Source of the DNA: the human T2T-CHM13v2.0 reference genome, Homo sapiens
DNA length: 64,000 nt
Assembly: GCF_009914755.1 (NCBI RefSeq)
Contig: NC_060944.1
Direction: 5' to 3' (one strand)
The notes below the pieces were generated by a model. The model saw only the letters and a list, made by a program, of their open reading frames with translations. It had not been told where the DNA came from and searched no databases. Shown in pieces: positions 58,126 through 64,000 of this stretch. Every line of letters begins with the position of its first letter. Within the stretch, counting starts at the first letter, position 1. The translations under genes were made by a program, and so were the position numbers.

Positions 58126-58214
58126 CCACGGGACCCGATGTGCAGGAGAAGTTTCTGCTGCCGCCAACAACAATATCTGTGGAGTTGGAGTAGCATACAA
58201 CTCCAAGGTTGCAG
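58126..58214 (+). CDS. PCSK2: PCSK2 internal coding exon (89 bp, probably exon 7) with the catalytic His motif HGTRCAGE
   Basis: Acceptor tttatatttttccaaag|, branch-like ctaat at 58099-58103, donor CAG|gtaagc. Translates as C+[29 protein letters not shown]+G. HGTRCAGE is the kexin/furin-family active-site His motif and the flanking residues are PC2-specific. Confidence 0.97.
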
Positions 58215-59730
58215 GTAAGCCATCCCTGCCAAACAGAGGCCCCCACTAGGTATCACACTGATCTCAAGGCTGACTGTGGCCCAGCAAAAAATCCCACTGG
58301 TGCAGAAAAGCTAGGATCCACAGATTTGGCACAAGTGAAAAAAATTTTTTTCTTTTAACCTGCATAACAATATCAATAGTTTTAAATTTTTAATTTAAGC
58401 ATAATATAAATTCAAAAAAGTTAACAAATCATAAATAAGCTAATGACTTTTCCCAAACTGGCCATACCCATACAGTGATCAGGAAACAAAATGTAACCAG
58501 CACCCCAAACATGTCCCCTTCCAGTTACTACTCTGACACCCAAGAATAATCATGATCTTGTTTTTTAACAGCAAAAAAAAAATGGTTATTGCCAGTTTTT
58601 GAAATTTATATAAATAGAATTGTCAGTCACTACTCTTCTGTGTCAGTGTCAATAACATTTTAATGAGTCTCAAATATAGACTATAGAATACAAGGTGGTA
58701 TGTATAAATTATTTGTAAACATACTCAGAGCTCTTCAAAATGTTTTGCACAATGGAACTCATCTTTAAAAAGAGAAATTCTGCCTAGAACCTTTTTCTTA
58801 CATTTCATTGGGTAGGATATTTAAGAATTTCCTATTGATGGAGCCTTTAGAAATAAGAGTGGCAAGTCACTGGAAATTTAGAACCCAACATCCCTCCCCT
58901 CTCAGAAAAAAAAAGAGAGAGAGACACAGACAGAGACAGAGACTGAGAGATTCATAAGCTTTCAACGAGATGTCTGAGAATGGAGTGGCACCAGTCTTTT
59001 TCCAAGTTTTGCATCAAATTGATTCTTAATTTATTCAGGCTGAGTCACCCAACCTTGTTTTTCTTTTTTCTTTTCTTTTTTGTTTACAACTGTCCTGATA
59101 TTTTCTTTTCCTGGCAATTTAATGGAACCATAAACCTACTTTCTGCTGACACTCCATTTCCATGGAACTAAATAAAGCAAAGGTAACCTATACAAACCCA
59201 CTATTAACCTCTTTTCAACACTGTTTGCTAAGAGGCTTGCCTGAACTGGGTGCTGAATGTCACAAAAGAATACATCTGGAGGTTTCTAAAATGTAAATAG
59301 AGGAGGCTTAGCCCCTGGGTTTCAGCTCTCTTTACTTTGTGCACATCCAAAATGCTGGCATTAAAATGTCAGGAGCCATTATGAGCTCAGGGGAAAGAAT
59401 ATCACTCGGTTAATATTTTATAAGCCAGGCTCAGACCTGGGATGGAATCTAAGGGAGGCGGGTTCTCTACTCACAGGACAGAACTGGAAGCAACTGAAAA
59501 ATTCAAACCTGAATTTCTTGTTCACACACCCAAGGTAACTGGTTTTTGGAACAAAGTAAAATGACCACCTGCAAAAGTTAAAAGAGTTAGGGGGAGCTCA
59601 CAGCTTTCTGGAGGTTCCTGGGAGCTTCTTTTTCCATCTCCTTCTTTTCCTTTTTTCCTCTTCTCTTATTATTTGCACTCTGAAAACACCTCAGCATTGA
59701 GTGCTCATCAAATGTATCTAATTCTCCTGC

Positions 59731-60150
59731 TGTCTTAGTTTGCTCTTCCTAAAAGCAAAACCTGAGACAAGGATTCCGGGCAAGCAGTTAATGTGGGAGG
59801 TGGTCCCCGGAAGCCAGAGTGAGGGAGTTGGGGAAGAAGACAGGAAAGGAATGGAGGCCAACGAAGTGAGTCTCATGGACAACAGGGGCCCCGTCCTGCA
59901 GGTGATTCTCTGAGGAAGTGTGGAGAACACCCCTCAGAATTGACCCCGCTAATGTGAGGAGGCTGCGGCATTAATCTGCCAGTTCCCATCTTTCATTGTT
60001 CGGGGGTGCCGTCGGGCCTGTCCAGCCTGCCCAGCTCGCTTGAACTGAGTGGAGCTCCTTGAGCAGAGGACACCCCCAGGCAAAAAGCCAGGGAGCAGGC
60101 CAGAGGACCCGGTGGGTGCAGCAGCCTCTGCCTCGCCTGCTGAATGCAGC
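59731..60150 (-). mobile_element. ERVL solo LTR (LTR16/LTR33-like)
   Basis: tgtcttagtttgctcttcctaaaagcaaaacctgagacaaggattccgggcaagcagttaatgtgggaggtg. Confidence 0.72.
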
Positions 60151-60619
60151 CTGACACCTCAAAGACGCGACTGGGCTTCTGTGAAGCCCAATGACAGCTA
60201 GGGCATCACAGCAACGTTTTGAGGTTCCAGAAACCAAGAACAGACATCCAAAGATTTTGAGCAAGGGAGGCTCCTTTCTTTCTTTTCCCACTCCCTTAGC
60301 CCCAGCTTGGCTCCCCTGTGACCACGTACGCTGGTTCTAACTACAAGGGCTGCGAGGCTCCAGTCCCATGCCTGTGCCTTAGGGAACCCAGTGTCCTCTG
60401 GCTCCCTGGGGCGTCAGCATGAATTCTTGAGGAAGCACTGGGGAATTACTCATGGATTACAAAAACAGCAGAGTTTATCTTACAAATTTAAGGAAAACAT
60501 TTTATTCATCCTGGCTGGCAATTCCAAAAGTTGGCTGGTTTTTAATTATTTGCTAAAAATGAGCCAAACCCTCCAGAGAATCTTTCCATTCGGGAGCTTT
60601 CTGGGCTAAGGAGGTCTAA

Positions 60620-60637
60620 AGCGCCACCTGGTGGCCA
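60620..60637 (-). promoter_or_regulatory. CTCF binding motif
   Basis: The minus strand reads TGGCCACCAGGTGGCGCT, a close match to the CTCF core CCASYAGRKGGCRS, in unique and locally CpG-retaining sequence. Confidence 0.8.
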
Positions 60638-62471
60638 ACTCGGATCGTTGCTGGTCTCAAAGTCGAGGTGTTCGTTCGTTACAGGTTAGGGGGGCGCCCC
60701 TGTGATGTCTGAGGTCCTTCCCCAGCACCCCTCCACGCTGTCTCCAGAAAAAGCCCAAAGTTAAAATGTGGTTGAATCTTAACCCAGGGATTCAAAAAAG
60801 AAGAGTGGAGATTGTAAATTGAGTCCTCTGAACAGAAGAGAGCATTGAGCATCTCTGCATCTACCTGAGTTCCTCTTCTGTTCATAAATTTTTCTCATTT
60901 TTCCATCAAGGCTCCTGTCTTTTTCTTGTTGATTTGTAGGCATTCTTGGTGTGTCCCAAAGGTTAGCCCCTAACCCATTTTAATCAATGCAAAGATCTTC
61001 TCCTTCATTTCTCTTCGCGTCCGTCTTCATTTCAAACTCCGTGACATGTAGACCCGCACATACGGGATGTCCCAAAAGTCATCCTGCAGTCTTCAAGCTT
61101 TAATAACCCCAGGAACATTATTTGAAAGTTTATTTACATTTCCATTTTCACTGATTTAATTGTATAAATTTTGAAGAAAAATATTACTTTTTTTATTTTG
61201 AAAATGCCTTTATTCAAGTAACTGTCTTTTTTAAAAAGGACCCCATTCTTTCCTTCTTTCTTTTTTCATTTTAATTTTTAAGTAAACAACATCTTCAATC
61301 AAAAAGATTGAGTCAAAAATTAAAATTAAGTGTGTTATTCAAAATCCACAAAACCAAGCAAATGTACCACAAACAATGACCTTCCAAATGATGGTTTTTG
61401 CAAATTTGTCAAATGTATATTTCTGAAAATATTAAAGCTCGAGACCACATCAAGGAGTCGTAACACTGTCTCCTGCCTTCAGGCCTTTTGTGTGGTCCAT
61501 AGTTACTGTGGGCACCTTCCTGTTGCAGGGGATGGAAGCTGGCGGACAGGTCCCCTGCCCCATATAGCTCACAGTCTAGGAGGAGAAAAAGACAGGGAGC
61601 AAATAAAAAAAAATCAGATAACAACTCATGAAAGAGGACAGAGAGTAACCAGGGCTCAGGGACAAGAGGCGCCTGAGGGTGGGGCTCTACAGTTCCTCAC
61701 TGTTCTGGATTTCTGCAGAGACTCTCAGAGCAGCCCTAAGAGGGGGCCAGGCCAGGTGGGTTTGGTCCTATTCACCTTCCTTTTTAAACCAAAGCACACA
61801 GATTTACACACTGGGCTTCGGGATGAGATCACCTTTGATTGAAGATTTTGAAAAATATTTAAAAACCACACTGTTGACCATTGTGAAAATGCCGTGAAAT
61901 TTCTCTACCAGCTATGAAGTGCTTTCACATATTATTATCACTATTATTATTGGCCAATGAATCTCATAACACTGCAGATAAACATATTTTATCTGAGCTT
62001 TTCAATAAACAAGTAAAAATCACTGTAAGTACAATGACTAACATGAGTTTTCAGAACCTAAAACCTGGATGAGCATGAATTTCCTCCTTATCATCCAGAG
62101 CTAATATTCATGAGCACAAAAAGTGGCATTGATGAGCACCGAAGTTTGTGGGCAGATGTAGTATTTACTGGAGGCAGGGACAGGCACACCTTGTGCAACA
62201 GGAGCAGAGGCAGAGAGGGTGCAGCTCAAATCCCCTGGACATGCAGCCCCCGGGGCACCAGGGCTAGCCACAGTGCATGCTGCACAGGCAGACAGAGAAG
62301 GCTCTAAATGAATGGAAGAGACCCACAGAGTCACCTCTACTCATTAATGTGCTGTGCAGGCCTGCCTGGGGTCAGATAGAAACACTTGATGTGTGCCTGT
62401 GTCTGTTCTTGCCCATCAAATACACATATCAGCATTGTTAGGGATGTGAAGACACAGACTCCTAGCTCCTT

Positions 62472-62474
<3 letters not shown>

Positions 62475-62512
<38 letters not shown>

Positions 62513-62955
62513 CCCACTTCCTTCCCTCCTCCTCCTCCCCCCCTTCCTCCCTCTCTCCCTCTCTCTCTTCCTCCCCTCCTCCTCCTCCCCCCTTCCTACT
62601 TCTCTCCCTTTCCTCTCTCTTTCCCTCTCCTCTCCCTCTCTCTCTACCTTCTCTCTCCTACACTCTCCCTCTCTCCCTCTCCTCTCTCCCTGTCCTCTCC
62701 CTCTCTCTCTACCTTCTCTCTCTCTCCTACACTCTCCCTCTCTCCCTCTCCTCTCTCTCTGTCCTCTCCTTCTCTCTCTACCTTCTCTCTCTCTCCCACT
62801 CTCTCCTTCTCCTCTCCCTTTCTCTCTACCTGTTCTCCCTCTGCCTCTCTCTATCCCATTCTCTTTGTCTCTCTCCCTCTATCTACGCTCTCTCTCTCTC
62901 TCCCAGTCTGTCTGCCTCTCTCCCTCTCTCTCTCCTTCTCTCCCTCTCTCTCACT
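62475..62955 (+). repeat. ~480-bp polypyrimidine (CT-rich) tract with internal ~65-69-bp higher-order units
   Basis: (CT)n start; the tacctt anchor recurs at 62645, 62710, 62779 and 62827. Confidence 0.97.
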
Positions 62956-64000
62956 CGGTCTACTCTCTGTCTCCACCCCACATTCCCCTGTAGCTCCTAG
63001 AGCATCCAGGGGCAGAGGAGAGGCCTTCCCTAAAAACCCTTGGGTCACGCTGAGCCTCTGTCTTGGCTGCATGGTGCAGTTGCTTGCAAAATTAATACTG
63101 TATCTCATTCAATTAATGCATGCCTCATTCCTCTTGAGCTTAACAAGATTAAAAGAATGTCGGGTGCCTGGTCCCTGAATATGAATGAGAGACTTGCTCT
63201 CAGCCTGTGGCCACCCTATAATGTTAAAACAGTCAGAAGATTAATACACATCCACTCTGAGGTTCTTGCGCAGCACAGAGGGAGCCCATGAAGGTGATAA
63301 GAGCTGCAAAGAGGAAGAGGGTTCAAGGCACAGCTGGAAGTGCCATGCACCAGCCCTGGCAAAATCCAGGGCTGGCATTCGTTGGTTTGTGGGGCAGCAG
63401 AAACCTGCTTTGGCCGGGGTTGAATTTCTCACCTTCCAGTTGAGTGGGCCATTCAGTCCTGGTCATCTCGGCACTAGGCAAGTTCAAGAGCATCTGAGCA
63501 AGTGAACGCCAGCCTCTGTCTATTTCCCACCCACAGAGTGGGCGTGACTTTGCACAAGAAGAAGCTGCACTGACCAGTTTATTCTGTGGTTCATTGGTCA
63601 CCTGCATTAAATAAAGTTTTTAAATAAATAAAAACATAGGTGGACCAAAAGCAAAATACAGAGTCTTAAATTTCCTATCTCCTTATAAAATGAACCATAA
63701 AATTTAACATCTGGAAAGTTCAAACCAAAGACTAGGCTTATTCTAGATAATCTTCCTCCAGGAGAAAGAATGCTAACTGATAACTGGGTGTTTGTTGTCA
63801 AAAATGGTGATTACACTTATGGGTTAATAGTAGAAGATGGATAAGCAGAGCCTGTTATTCATTCTTCTGGACCTGTTATTTGTGTTGGGGAGAAAATCAA
63901 CTAAATAAGGTAATAATGCCAGATATTTATTCACCAAATATTTGTCAAGCTTAAAATAAATACCAAGCATCATGTTGATCCTCAAGGACATGGAAGTGAA

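Noticed and set aside
59238-59257. REST/RE1 site (TTCAGCACC on the minus strand)
   Set aside because: Only the left half matches; the right half (GTTCAG versus GGACAG) is poor.
61061-61110. Tc1/mariner-like terminus (tacgggatgtcccaaaagtc)
   Set aside because: No matching opposite terminus found, so it is too weak to list as a feature.
61330-61842. 170-aa ORF
   Set aside because: Non-ATG start, partly repeat-like sequence, no domain signal.
62386-63178. 204-aa and 235-aa Ser/Leu/Pro-rich ORFs
   Set aside because: Translations of the CT tract, which cannot contain stop codons.

Overview
Primate (most likely human) genomic DNA from inside the PCSK2 gene (prohormone convertase 2, PC2), which runs on the + strand. 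Only 166 bp are protein-coding: two internal exons of the subtilisin-like catalytic domain, 37944-38020 (NAEASYDFSSNDPYPYPRYTDDWFNS) and 58126-58214 ([29 protein letters not shown], containing the catalytic His). From memory these are exons 6 and 7. The rest is intron, densely filled with transposon remnants: a full-length but dead sense-strand L1PA6-like element, about 13 Alu/FLAM copies, MaLR/ERVL/ERV1 LTRs, MIR, L2, old L1M and hAT MERs, plus simple repeats. Nearly all entries in the ORF track are repeat-derived or chance ORFs. I see no CRISPR array, operon or wholly new gene system. The best leads are (1) a (GGAA)15-plus microsatellite that fits an EWSR1::FLI1 neo-enhancer, (2) a MER4 LTR fragment with the hallmarks of L1-mediated rather than integrase-mediated insertion, (3) a 168-codon antisense ORF in the L1 5'UTR that is a rearranged, extended ORF0, (4) a duplicated ~110-bp segment that places decoy 3' splice sites upstream of the catalytic-His exon, (5) a strong near-palindromic CTCF site and (6) an unexplained hairpin in unique sequence. 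Repeat subfamily names and boundaries come from recalled consensus sequences, not from a RepeatMasker run, and are approximate.
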